A stretch of DNA of 64,000 nucleotides from an uncultured Planctomycetaceae bacterium (GTDB lineage: Bacteria > Planctomycetota > Planctomycetia > Planctomycetales > Planctomycetaceae): positions 96,001-160,000 of the forward strand of contig CAWFAK010000002.1 of the NCBI GenBank assembly GCA_963813715.1, read 5' to 3'. The notes below the pieces were generated by a model, which searched no databases, was not told where the DNA came from, and saw only the letters and a list, made by a program, of their open reading frames with translations. Shown one piece after another: positions 22,563 to 32,372 of this stretch. The stretch's first letter is position 1. Each line of letters opens with the position of its first letter. Both the position numbers and the translations under genes were made by a program.

Positions 22563-23375
22563 ATGATCTCGATGAGACGCACCCTGCTTCCGGGGATGCT
22601 CGCCGCGATGGGGCTGGGCAGCCTGTGGTCGAGCGTCGGCGAGCGCGGCCGATCCGCCGCTCTGCAATACACCTGCCTCTTATCGCCTGTTTAACCCATC
22701 CACGATGGGACCGCGGACGAGCGGCTGCGGCCGTTGCGAGCCGATCCCCTGCGCAACCCCGGCTTCTTCCTCGACAATCCGCGGGGAACGGGCGTGGATG
22801 ATCCTTGGCGGCCTCCGCAAAAATGGCCCGAAACCCGCTATCCGGTGGTTCCCGCTTACACGCGTCCCAGCTACGGCTTCTACGAAACATCGTGGCGGGT
22901 GTTGCCGTTGTGCAATCCGGCGCCGTACGTCGCCGGACCGCTGTCGCCGGCCAACCTGGCTTATCACCAGCCGCCCCTGCCACAGATCGCGCCAATTCCC
23001 GCCCAACAACCGCCGGGCGCGAATTCAGCCAATCCGCCGTTGCCGCGACCGCCCGTCGTGCCGCCGGCAGTGCAAGCGAGTCCGGGCGGTCCGGCCGCCG
23101 CGACTCCGCCCGCCGCCAAATCGCCGAATCCGAATGGACAAACTGCGCCGGGCGGCGTGCCGACAGCCGTGCCCCCGGTTCCCCTGCAGCCGCAGAAGCC
23201 GACGGAACCGACCAACGAGCTGCAGCCGCAGGTCCCCAAGGCCACGCCGCCGACGAATCCGCCCAGGCTGCGAGGCCCGAATCAGGGGGGCCTGCCCCTC
23301 GATGGATTCCAGCGCTCGGCCATGCTCGAATCTCCGGCCCAAGAGGAAACGGAAATCCGGGTTCAGCCGTTCTAG
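22563..23375 (+). CDS. Secreted Pro-rich hypothetical protein; frameshift(s) near 22640-22730
   Basis: Signal-like MRRTLLPGMLAAMGLGSLW upstream; ORF 22734-23375 with TRPSYGFYETSWRVLP and a long Pro-rich tract. Confidence 0.65.
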
Positions 23376-23434
23376 CGAGGGAGCCGGTTCTACGTTGACG
23401 CCGTGCCCGCCTCTGTTCCGGTTGAGCGCACTCT

Positions 23435-23492
23435 CCCTCGCTCACCGCTTCGGGTTGGTATCGCAGCTACTAACCCGAAGCGTCAGCGAGGG
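23435..23492. repeat. REP-like palindrome between convergent genes
   Basis: CCCTCGCTCACCGCTTCGGGTTGGT-N9-ACTAACCCGAAGCGTCAGCGAGGG inverted repeat. Confidence 0.85.
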
Positions 23493-23525
23493 CAATGCGA
23501 CCCGCGGATCAAGTTGCGCCGGGGC

Positions 23526-25004
23526 CTATTTCCGCAGCCGCCGCTGGATCTCGTCGACGATGTTCTTGATCGGCAATCGCTCCTGAGCGAGCGTGTCGCG
23601 ATCGCGGATCGTCACGGTGTTGTCTTTCGCCGTTTCGCCGTCAATCGTCAGGCAGAACGGCGTGCCGATCTCGTCCTGCCGCCGATAACGCCGGCCGATG
23701 GCCGCCTGCTGATCGAAGTAGCTGGCGATGCCCGCATCTTTGAGATCGCGATAAATGGCCAGCGCCGTTTCCGGCATGCCTTCCTTCTTGATTAAAGGCA
23801 GCACGGCCACTTTGATCGGCGCCAGCTTGGGGTGCAGCCGCAGGACCAGCCGTTCCTGCAGCTCGCCCTTTTCGTCCGGCTGCGAGTCTTCCTGATAGGC
23901 CTCGCAGAGGAAGGCGAGCGTGCCCCGGTCGGCCCCCGCGGCTGGCTCGATCACGTGGGGGATGAAGCGTTCCCGCGTTTGATCGTCGAAGTAGGAGAGA
24001 TCCTTGCCGCTGCCGCGGTGGCGGGGGTTGCCCTCGGGATCTTTTTCCACCACGAGCCCGTCACCCTCGTGCACGAGCTTGCCCTCCATGTGCGAACGCA
24101 GGTCGAAGTCGCCGCGGTGCGCGACCCCCTCCAGCTCGCCGTACTCGCCGGGCCCTAGGAACGGATAGGTGTACTCGACGTCGGCCGTGCCGACCGAATA
24201 GTGCGACAACTCGTCGGCCGTATGGTCGCGGAGGCGGAGATGCTCCTTGGAGATGCCCAGGTTGATGTACCAGTTGTAGCGGCGGTCGCGCCAGTACTGG
24301 TACCATTCCCGCGATTCGCTTGGATGGCAGAAGAATTCCATCTCCATCTGCTCGAACTCGCGTGAGCGGAACGTGAAGTTTCGCGGCGTGATTTCGTTGC
24401 GAAAGCTCTTGCCCACCTGCGCGATGCCGAAGGGGATTTTGACCCGCGTGCTGTCGCACACGTTCTTAAAGTTGACGAACATCCCCTGGGCCGTCTCCGG
24501 CCGCAGGAAGGCCGTCCCCTCTTCGCCGGCGAGGGCGCCGATGATCGTCTTGAACATCAGGTTGAATTCGCGAGGCTCAGTCAGTTTGCACTTCTCGAAC
24601 TCGCCCGGATGCCTGCTTGGCTTGAGAGGGCATTCGCTGGTCGACACGTGGTCGGCACGAAAACGGGCCTTGCATTCCTTGCAGTCGACCATCATGTCGT
24701 GAAACAGGTCGTAGTGCCCCGAGACTTTCCAGACCTGCGGATGCATGATCAGCGACGATTCGAGCCCCACCATCGAGAAGGCACGCGGCGCGCCGGCGGG
24801 CACCGAGAACTCGTCATGGTTGGTGACCATGTCGTGGTACCAGGCATTGCGCACGTTGCGCTTCAGCTCGGTACCGAGCGGGCCGTAATCCCAAAAGCCG
24901 TTGAGGCCGCCATAAATCTCCGACGACTGAAAGATGAACCCGCGCCGCTTGCAGAGCGCGACGATCTGATCCATCGACTTGGGGCGGTCCGTCGATTGTG
25001 ACAT
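23526..25004 (-). CDS. glyQS: Glycine--tRNA ligase, homodimeric type
   Basis: LCKRRGFIFQSSEIYGG, LRPETAQG, KSFRNEITPRNFTFRSREFEQME, IGRRYRRQDEIGTP. Confidence 0.98.
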   Translation of the reverse strand: MSQSTDRPKSMDQIVALCKRRGFIFQSSEIYGGLNGFWDYGPLGTELKRNVRNAWYHDMVTNHDEFSVPAGAPRAFSMVGLESSLIMHPQVWKVSGHYDLFHDMMVDCKECKARFRADHVSTSECPLKPSRHPGEFEKCKLTEPREFNLMFKTIIGALAGEEGTAFLRPETAQGMFVNFKNVCDSTRVKIPFGIAQVGKSFRNEITPRNFTFRSREFEQMEMEFFCHPSESREWYQYWRDRRYNWYINLGISKEHLRLRDHTADELSHYSVGTADVEYTYPFLGPGEYGELEGVAHRGDFDLRSHMEGKLVHEGDGLVVEKDPEGNPRHRGSGKDLSYFDDQTRERFIPHVIEPAAGADRGTLAFLCEAYQEDSQPDEKGELQERLVLRLHPKLAPIKVAVLPLIKKEGMPETALAIYRDLKDAGIASYFDQQAAIGRRYRRQDEIGTPFCLTIDGETAKDNTVTIRDRDTLAQERLPIKNIVDEIQRRLRK

Positions 25005-25150
25005 GGGTGGTTGGTGGCTCCGGTGCGTCGCGGCACGAACGATTTAATCTGAACGACAAACTGCCTCAGGGGGACGCCGGTAGGGTAGCGGAAGAGCGTC
25101 GAATCGCACAGGGTGGACCCGGGCCACCTTAAGGCACGCCGTTCCGAAGG

Positions 25151-26893
25151 TTACTGGCGGTACGGTTTGTGCGCTCGGAATAACTCGAGACGCCCACTGA
25201 GTTTCGGCTTCTGTTGCTGCGAAGCGATCGCAATCGCCTTCTCCTGCCACTTGAGGGCGCTCGAAAAATCGTCGCGTTCGGCATAGGCCGCGGCGAGCGT
25301 GCTCAGGAACTCGATGTTGTTCCAGGAGGTCCGCTCGCAGGCTCGCGTGGCGTCCTGGACTGCCTTCGTCCCGTCTCGATACGTGGGTTCGGCGCATGTC
25401 GCGACGAACCAGGCTCGGGCGTTCCTGGCGACCGCTGACCTTGGGTCGATCAGAACCGCCTGGTCGTAGTTTGAGGCCGCTTCGGCGAAATCGGCTTTGG
25501 CGCGGGCCGCGTCCCCGCGACCCACGTACCCGAGGGGGTCCTTCGGGGCGTGTCGAATTGCCTCCCCGAAGGCCGAAATCGCCTGATCGTAATCGGACAG
25601 GGCTTTGTCGGATTCCCCCTGGGCTTGCCGCCCGAGGCCGCGGTTCTTGTAGGCCCTTGCCTTGTCGTAGCTCTCCTCCGCGAGCTGAATCGTTTGCTCG
25701 TAGTCGGCGATGGCTTTGTGGTATTGGCCTTTCGCCTGCTGGGCGTCGCCGCGGTAAAAGTACCCGCGAACATTGTTCGGATCGTGCCAAAGCGCCTCGG
25801 TGTAGTTGGAAATCGCCCGGTCATATTCCCCCTTGGCATACCACGCGAGCCCGCGCCCGACGTAAGAATCTGCGTGCTTCGGCTCCAATCGAATCGCCTC
25901 GTTCAAATCGGAAAGACTCTTGTCGTACTGCCCCCTGTCGAACCAGAGGTAGGCACGGTTGCGGTAGTGCCGCGGCTCGGTCGGATCGATCCGGATGGCC
26001 TCGCCCAGGTCGCATAGAGATTTGTCTTCATCGCGCGACTGGACAGCGGCGGCGTGACAGCTGTAGGCATCTGCATCGCGCGGGTTGAGACGGATGGCCT
26101 GATCGACATCGGCGATCGCAGCATCGACGTTGTTCTGGGCGAGGCGCGCAATCCCGCGGCGTTTGTACGCCTCCGCGTTTCGTTTATCGAGGGCGATGGC
26201 CTGGTCGAAATCGGCGATCGCTGCATCGAAGCTGCCTTGAGCGACGCGTGCTAATCCGCGGGTTGTGTACGCATCTGGGCTCCGCGGATCGAGAGTCACC
26301 GCGCGGTCGAAGTCGGCAACTGCCTCGTTGAATCTTCCCCGGTTCGACCACAAGCCTCCCCGGTCGATAAATATTTGTGGGTCCTTGGGGTCGAGCCGAA
26401 TCGCTTCCTGGAAGTCGGTGGCGGCTTTTGCGAATTCACTCTTTTGCGCCCACGTCAATCCGCGCTCGCTCCAAACCCGCGCTACTTTCGGGTCGAGCCG
26501 GATTGCTTCGCCGAAGTCCGCGAGCGCTTTGTCGTAGGCGTGTTGATCGCACCAGAATCCGTCCTCGAATAGCGTACGCTCGTGCCGATGGGTTTCGCTT
26601 CAACGCGGCGTCGATGAAATTGACTGCCTGTGAGAGAGGGACGACGTCGGAGCGGCTGATCCAGCCCATGACGGTCCCCTTGTTGCTCGTCCAAACGACC
26701 CAAAAGAGATCGTGATCGATGTCCTCCACCTCCAGAATTTCCCACTGGGGGACCGACCCGCACCTGCGCCCCGATCTCGCAGCGGTCCCGTCTCGGCTGT
26801 GACGACGATCGTGTCGCCGACCTGTTGCCCGAGCGCGACACCCGAGCATGAGATAATCACGCCACAAACGGCAAGCAGCTTGAATGTGCGCAC
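25151..26893 (-). CDS. Secreted tetratricopeptide-repeat protein; several frameshifts at 26460-26780
   Basis: Signal peptide, many TPRs (A..D.DQAIRL.P), C-terminal RDGTKAVQDATRACE...TLAAAYAE...KPYRQ. Confidence 0.9.
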
Positions 26894-27013
26894 GTGTGAA
26901 CCCCGCAGATCTCATTTGGGAAGGAGTCGCCGGTCCTGCGTCCGTTATCTGAGGCGGCGCAGAGTTTCCCGGATTCTTCGCGTGGCGCGAAGGCGGTTTT
27001 GCCGACAGTGGGA

Positions 27014-27811
27014 TTAGAGTCCGGAGCCGCCGGCAATCGTGATCGCCCGCGTAAGCGGCGAATACTCCGGCACGACGGCAATCGAGTCCAGTTCGGCGGC
27101 GCGGACGATGTCCTGGTCGAAACCTAACTCGACCAGGTTGCAGCCGCCCGAGCTCTCGCGCAGTTCACGGATACGTTGGGCGGGTCGAACATTGTCGGTC
27201 CAGTACCCGGCTGCCTTCTCGGTGGCGTAGTCGGCGAATTCGAGGTTGCCCAAGCTTGCCAGGTCGGCTGCGATCGCACCAGCGCCCAACAAATCCTCGG
27301 AAGTCACGCACCCGTCGGTGCCGGCGCAGACCAAATGGATCGGGCGACCCTCGGCGCGGAGCGCGTCGACAATGGCCTGACGGTTGACCAGCGCGCCGAT
27401 CAGCACGCGGGCCGCTTCTTGGGTCCGCAGCAGGGCGGCTGTTCCGTTGGTGGTCGTGAATGCGATCGACCTGCCGGCGACCCGTTCGCGCGTGTACGAG
27501 GCGGGCGAGTTGTCGAGGTCGAACCCCTCGATTTTCACGCCCCCTCGTTCGCCCCCCGTCAGCGTGTTGCCGGTCTCGTCTTCCGCGGCCAGGCTCCGGG
27601 CTGTGTCGACAAGCCCGCAGGGGATGACGCGGGCCGCCCCGTTGGCGAGGGCCACGATGATCGTGGTCGAGGCCCGCAGCACGTCGATTACTACGGCCAC
27701 GCCGCCCGCCAGATCCCCCGGCTCGATGTTCGCCGGCAGCGGGTAAATTCGGACAGTTTGACGGCCGAACTGCGGCTGACGGCTGGGCTGAGGTTTTTTG
27801 ACGCGATCCAT
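27014..27811 (-). CDS. comB: 2-phosphosulfolactate phosphatase family protein
   Basis: VVIDVLRASTTI, GGERGG, FDLDNSP, TTTNGT, LVCAGTDG...EDLLGAG. Confidence 0.92.
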   Translation of the reverse strand: MDRVKKPQPSRQPQFGRQTVRIYPLPANIEPGDLAGGVAVVIDVLRASTTIIVALANGAARVIPCGLVDTARSLAAEDETGNTLTGGERGGVKIEGFDLDNSPASYTRERVAGRSIAFTTTNGTAALLRTQEAARVLIGALVNRQAIVDALRAEGRPIHLVCAGTDGCVTSEDLLGAGAIAADLASLGNLEFADYATEKAAGYWTDNVRPAQRIRELRESSGGCNLVELGFDQDIVRAAELDSIAVVPEYSPLTRAITIAGGSGL

Positions 27812-28041
27812 GACGCGATAATAGGTCGTCGCGGACGACGGGTCGAGCGGTCGGAAGTCCGTCGCGGATCGCCCGGCGACGGGTATTCCCGAGGTCGCCG
27901 GGTCAGCAACTTCGGCGGTCGAAGGACCGACTCCAGCCGACAATTTCGCTTCCGGTTTTGACCGTGGTCCGCGAGCGGAGATAGGATAGTGTTGAGCCGC
28001 GAGTTTGCACATTTCCGTGGAAAAACAGCCTGGTTAAATCG

Positions 28042-29471
28042 ATGAATCTCTGCCGTTCCGCAAAGTTGGCAGTTGCCGTGGGTGCCCTGATTTGTGCCGA
28101 GGTCCGCGGGGCTGAAGAGCCTCGCGTCACCGTCGCACTCGTTTCGGCCCAAACCCAGACAGCCGTCCGCGCAAGCCAAGACGGGCGACGCCGATGCCGG
28201 CCAAGCAGTCGGACGAACCGAAGGCCGAGGCGGCGCCTCTCAAAAAACTCACCATCCGCGCCCTCGATGCGGAGGGCAGCCCCGTTTCCGGAGCCCACGT
28301 CGGCCTGGGAGCGCATTTCGGCGGAGCCGAGGAGCCCAAAAAACCGAGCGACCGGGACGCCGACGGCTTTGTTTACGAATGGCACTGCCTCACCAATTCG
28401 CGCGGTGTCGCCGAGCTCGAGGCGGGCGGCGCCGACCTTCGCCCCCTGCTCGGTGAGCGTGGGATTTTCGTGCGAGAAGACAAACGGCACCTGGCGGCCG
28501 TCGTGCATCTCGATGCGGCCAAGGCGAAAGACAAGCTCGACGTTTCGCTGCTTCCTGAGTGCTACATCACGGGCAAGGTGCTGTCGCCTCAGCTCAAGAA
28601 GGACGAAAAGCCGCTGGGGATGACGACCGTGTCGCTCGGCGACGGCGACCGGGTGACGCTGACTTACACCTCCGAGGGGACGGGCGACTATCACTTCTTC
28701 GTGCCCCCCGGGGACTATCTGCTCGACGCGGGCGGGAGCAACATCGTCCGCGTGTTCGCGACGATCGAGGTTCCCAACAAAGAGCACGACCTGGTGTTCG
28801 AGCCGATGACGGCCGCGCCCAGCAAGCTGGCCCTCCTCGAAGGCCAACCGGCTCCCGAGCTACGCGGCGCCGTCGCTTGGAAGAACGGCCCCCCGCAGAC
28901 GATCGCCGGGCAGAAAGGGAAGTGCGTGCTCTTGTTTTTCTGGCGGGCGACGTCGCCGGCCTCGCTCGAGGCGGTGCCCGCCGTGGTCGATCTCTACGAC
29001 AAGCTGAAGATGCAAGGGCTTGTCGTCCTCGGGGTGCAAGTCGACGTCGACGCCGACAAGAAGCCGATCGACAGCGCGCAGAAGCTCGACGACGCAATCG
29101 CCAAGGTCCGTCAGGAAAGCTGGGGCGGACACGACATCCCCTTCCCCGTCGCGATCGTGCCGCCCACCCCGACGCCCTGGGGTTACAAAGCGGATCCCAC
29201 GCAATGGGCTGACAGTCAAGTGGCGGCCGATTACGGCGTGACTCAGTACCCCACGGTGCTGCTGATCGACCGCCACGGCGTGCTGGTCAGTGAGCTGGTC
29301 GATTCGGACCAATCGCTGGCGCTGTTGGCGAAGACGCTTGGATTGCGGCCCGCGGTTGCGGCCTCCGCGCCGCCCAAGCCGTCGGGAACATCGCCCAAGA
29401 CGCCGGCCACGCCGCCCAAAGCTCCGGATCCCGCGGCGAAACCGGCCCAAACGCCGTCCCGCTCGCCCTGA
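28042..29471 (+). CDS. Secreted TlpA/redoxin-like protein lacking CxxC; probable frameshift near 28190
   Basis: Signal-like N-terminus in ORF 28042; GQPAPEL, GKCVLLFFWRATSPAS, YGVTQYPTVLLIDRHG in ORF 28194-29471. Confidence 0.75.
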
Positions 29472-29497
29472 TCCTGTCGATTCGCTGCGTACCCGGC

Positions 29498-30799
29498 GTG
29501 CGAGACCGGGACAGTGGACGCCTGGCATTTGGATCGCCAAAACATCGCTTTGCCCTGAGAGGACTGTTTGCCGTGGTTCAGCGCTGGTTGTTCCGCATCT
29601 TTATGCTTGCCGTCATTCTGGGCGGCCTGGCGTGGATCGTCTCACTGACCATTTTCGGCGAGCCCGCTCCGGAATTGGAGTTCGAGGCGAAGGGCGACCA
29701 GGTGGTTGACCTCGAATACTCTCCCGACGGCACAAAGCTGGCGGTCGTGACCTACGAATTGAAGCCTCCCAATGGGGCCAAGGTGCAGGTAACCCGCATC
29801 TACCAGGCGAGCAGTGGCAAGCCGGTCCATTCGCTTGAGCAAGCCGGCTGGCGGTGCAATTGGAACTCCGACGGCTCGCTGCTCGTTGTCTCGGACGTGA
29901 ACGGGAAGGACTTCGACATCTATGACACGGCCAAGTGGGAACTCAAAAAGCACCTGACGCTGACCCCGTCGCGGAAGAGCTCCGACGCGGAGTCAAAAGG
30001 CAACTCGGAGTCGAAAGACAGCGTACAGTCCAAAGACAGCGCAGAGTCGAAAGACAAGAAGGACAAAACGGACTACAAAGAGTACGAGCCGCCCAACCCG
30101 ACCGCCTCTCACCTGAAGGCGATTCCCGGCATCGTTCAGTCGCTCGCATTCACGCGTCAGGGGAGCTTGTTCGCGGTCATTTTTGCCGAGGACGCCGACT
30201 CGAGCTATCAGCTCAATCACGCCAAGGTCTGGTGGGACCCGCTGCACTCCTCGGCAGAAGCGGAGTCGATCGGCTCCTGCGATGGCGCGTGGGATATGGG
30301 GGTCGTCAGCTCGGGCATGGACGCGATGCTCGCCCTGTCCTACAGCACTTCCTGCCCCCCCGAAGTTCTGAACATTTCACCCCGCGGCAATTCGATCTTC
30401 GTGCAGGGCAAGGTGGAATTGAAAAACTTGCCGCACCCGCTCGTGGCGCCGCGCCTGCGGCTCACGCAGGACGGGAATTATCTGGTCGCCCGCGATGAGC
30501 AGCGACTCGACGTGATTACGCTCTCCTCCACGGGACCGCAAGTCGTTTCTTCCATCGCTTCGCCGACCAAGGCGGTCAAAGGCTCGATGATTTACTGGAA
30601 GGAGCTCGAGCTTTCCCGCGACGGGCGTTTTGCCGCCTACGCGTCTGAACCCTATCTGCGCGTCATTCGCATTCCCGACGGCAAGCAAGTGCTCGAAATC
30701 GTGCACAAGCCGTGCGCGTTCGCGTTGGCGCCCGACGGGTCGCAGTTGGCCGTGGCCGATCGCGACCACCTTTCGATTCGGCTCTACCGTGTTCCGTAG
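29498..30799 (+). CDS. Membrane-anchored WD40-like beta-propeller protein (start uncertain)
   Basis: N-terminal TM; YSPDGTKLAV, WNSDGSLL, LSRDGRFAA, LAPDGSQLAV repeats. Confidence 0.75.
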   Translation: MRDRDSGRLAFGSPKHRFALRGLFAVVQRWLFRIFMLAVILGGLAWIVSLTIFGEPAPELEFEAKGDQVVDLEYSPDGTKLAVVTYELKPPNGAKVQVTRIYQASSGKPVHSLEQAGWRCNWNSDGSLLVVSDVNGKDFDIYDTAKWELKKHLTLTPSRKSSDAESKGNSESKDSVQSKDSAESKDKKDKTDYKEYEPPNPTASHLKAIPGIVQSLAFTRQGSLFAVIFAEDADSSYQLNHAKVWWDPLHSSAEAESIGSCDGAWDMGVVSSGMDAMLALSYSTSCPPEVLNISPRGNSIFVQGKVELKNLPHPLVAPRLRLTQDGNYLVARDEQRLDVITLSSTGPQVVSSIASPTKAVKGSMIYWKELELSRDGRFAAYASEPYLRVIRIPDGKQVLEIVHKPCAFALAPDGSQLAVADRDHLSIRLYRVP

Positions 30800-30846
30800 C
30801 GCCGCCGTGTCACGTAGCACGTGCCGCGCGGGGCGGCGGACGGGGT

Positions 30847-32211
30847 CTAGTCCTCGCGCGCCTCGCTGAGGTAGAGCGTTTCGGTCGTCGGCGAGTAGCC
30901 GAACAACTCGGCCGACCGGCCCCAGTTGACGATCGTGTCGAACAGGGGCTCGACGTCGCGGGTCGACATCCGCATGACCAGCTCTTCCTCGACGATCTCT
31001 TTGGGAAGCTCGTGCTCGGGGGCGGCCTCGAGACGTTTGATCAGGAAGCGGAACAGGTCGAGTTTGAGCACCTGTTCGCGAAGGATCGTCTTGCGGTCGG
31101 CAATGTCCTCGACGATGAAGTGACGCCCCAGATCGGTGAGCACGACCATTTCTTTTGGCGTGTCGAGGAAGTCGAGAATTTCGCCCGCCATCACCAGGGC
31201 CAGCGTGTGGCCGAACTCGGCGTCGGTCAATTTTTCGAGCGTGAAGACGTCGACCTTCCCCTGGTGGTCGTGCACGATTTCCAGGAGACCGAATACCTGC
31301 TCCAGCTCGACGCAGGGGATCGGTTCCATCGCCATCCCGGGAATCGACGATGCGGCCTCGGCCTGCGGCGGCTCGTCCGGCATGTGCTCCGACACGATGA
31401 TCTGGTGGATCTGCCGCACGAATTGCAGAAAAGCCTGCGACTGCGCGTTGCGGGGGTGCGGAATGGTGTTGCGCATGATCTGGCGGATGTGCCCGGGCAT
31501 CGTTCCCATGATCACGATGCGGTCGGCCAAGAGGACCGCTTCTTCAATCAGGTGCGTGATCATCACGATGCTTTTGAGGCTCGACGGCGCGGCCAGGCGA
31601 TCGTTCGAGGACCCGCTGCGAGCCACCCACAGGTTGTAGATTTCGCTGCGAAGGCTCTCGGCAGTGAAGACGTCGAGGGCGCTGAACGGCTCGTCCATGC
31701 ACAGCAACTCGGGACCGCGGGCCATGGCCCGGGCGATGCCCACCCGCTGCTTCATCCCGCCCGACAGCTCCTTGGGAAAGGCCTCGCGGTGGCCTCCCAG
31801 CCCGACCATCTGAATCGAGCGGGTGACCCGGTCGGTCGCCTCTTCCTTGTCGAGGTTCAAGCCCGAGAGGGCCATTTCGACGTTCTGCTTCACCGTCAGC
31901 CAGGGAAAGAGGCCAAAGTTCTGGAAGACGAGGGCCACGCCCGGATGCATGCCAACGAGCGGCTTGCCGTGAGCCAAAACGCGGCCGCGCGTGGGCGGGA
32001 TCAGCCCGACGAGCACCCGCAACAACGTGCTCTTGCCGCAGCCGCTGGGGCCCAAAATGCCGAGGATTTCGTTCGGGCAAATCTCGAGCGAGACATCCTC
32101 CAGCACGTTGCCGCACGTCGGGCCGTATGCCAAGCAGACGTTCTGCGCCGCAGAAATGGCGCATTCGCTCGTGGCCGGCAGGGCAATCGACGATTCACGC
32201 AGGGTGGTCAA
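30847..32211 (-). CDS. Nitrate/sulfonate-type ABC transporter ATP-binding protein with C-terminal AAA-associated domain
   Basis: GPSGCGKST, LSGGMKQR, CMDEPFSALD, ITH; C-terminal TIVNWGRSAELFGY. Confidence 0.93.
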   Translation of the reverse strand: MTTLRESSIALPATSECAISAAQNVCLAYGPTCGNVLEDVSLEICPNEILGILGPSGCGKSTLLRVLVGLIPPTRGRVLAHGKPLVGMHPGVALVFQNFGLFPWLTVKQNVEMALSGLNLDKEEATDRVTRSIQMVGLGGHREAFPKELSGGMKQRVGIARAMARGPELLCMDEPFSALDVFTAESLRSEIYNLWVARSGSSNDRLAAPSSLKSIVMITHLIEEAVLLADRIVIMGTMPGHIRQIMRNTIPHPRNAQSQAFLQFVRQIHQIIVSEHMPDEPPQAEAASSIPGMAMEPIPCVELEQVFGLLEIVHDHQGKVDVFTLEKLTDAEFGHTLALVMAGEILDFLDTPKEMVVLTDLGRHFIVEDIADRKTILREQVLKLDLFRFLIKRLEAAPEHELPKEIVEEELVMRMSTRDVEPLFDTIVNWGRSAELFGYSPTTETLYLSEARED

Positions 32212-32277
32212 CGGGACGTTCCGAATGTCGGGAGCGAGTTTTCGACCGGGCCTAGGCTCAAGCTCGAGCAGCCTCGT

Positions 32278-32353
32278 TCAAGTTTACGCGCGTCGCTTAA
32301 GTTTATGCGCGCCCTATAAGTTTACGAGTGCCAGTCAAGTTTACGTGCAGAGA
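32278..32353. repeat. Four degenerate tandem repeats, 19-bp period, core AAGTTTAYG
   Basis: Cores start at 32280, 32299, 32318 and 32337. Confidence 0.85.
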
Positions 32354-32372
32354 GGCCGTGCCGACCATCCGA

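Noticed and set aside
32278..32353. Possible mini-CRISPR
   Set aside because: The 19-bp period is far too short and there are no cas genes in the window
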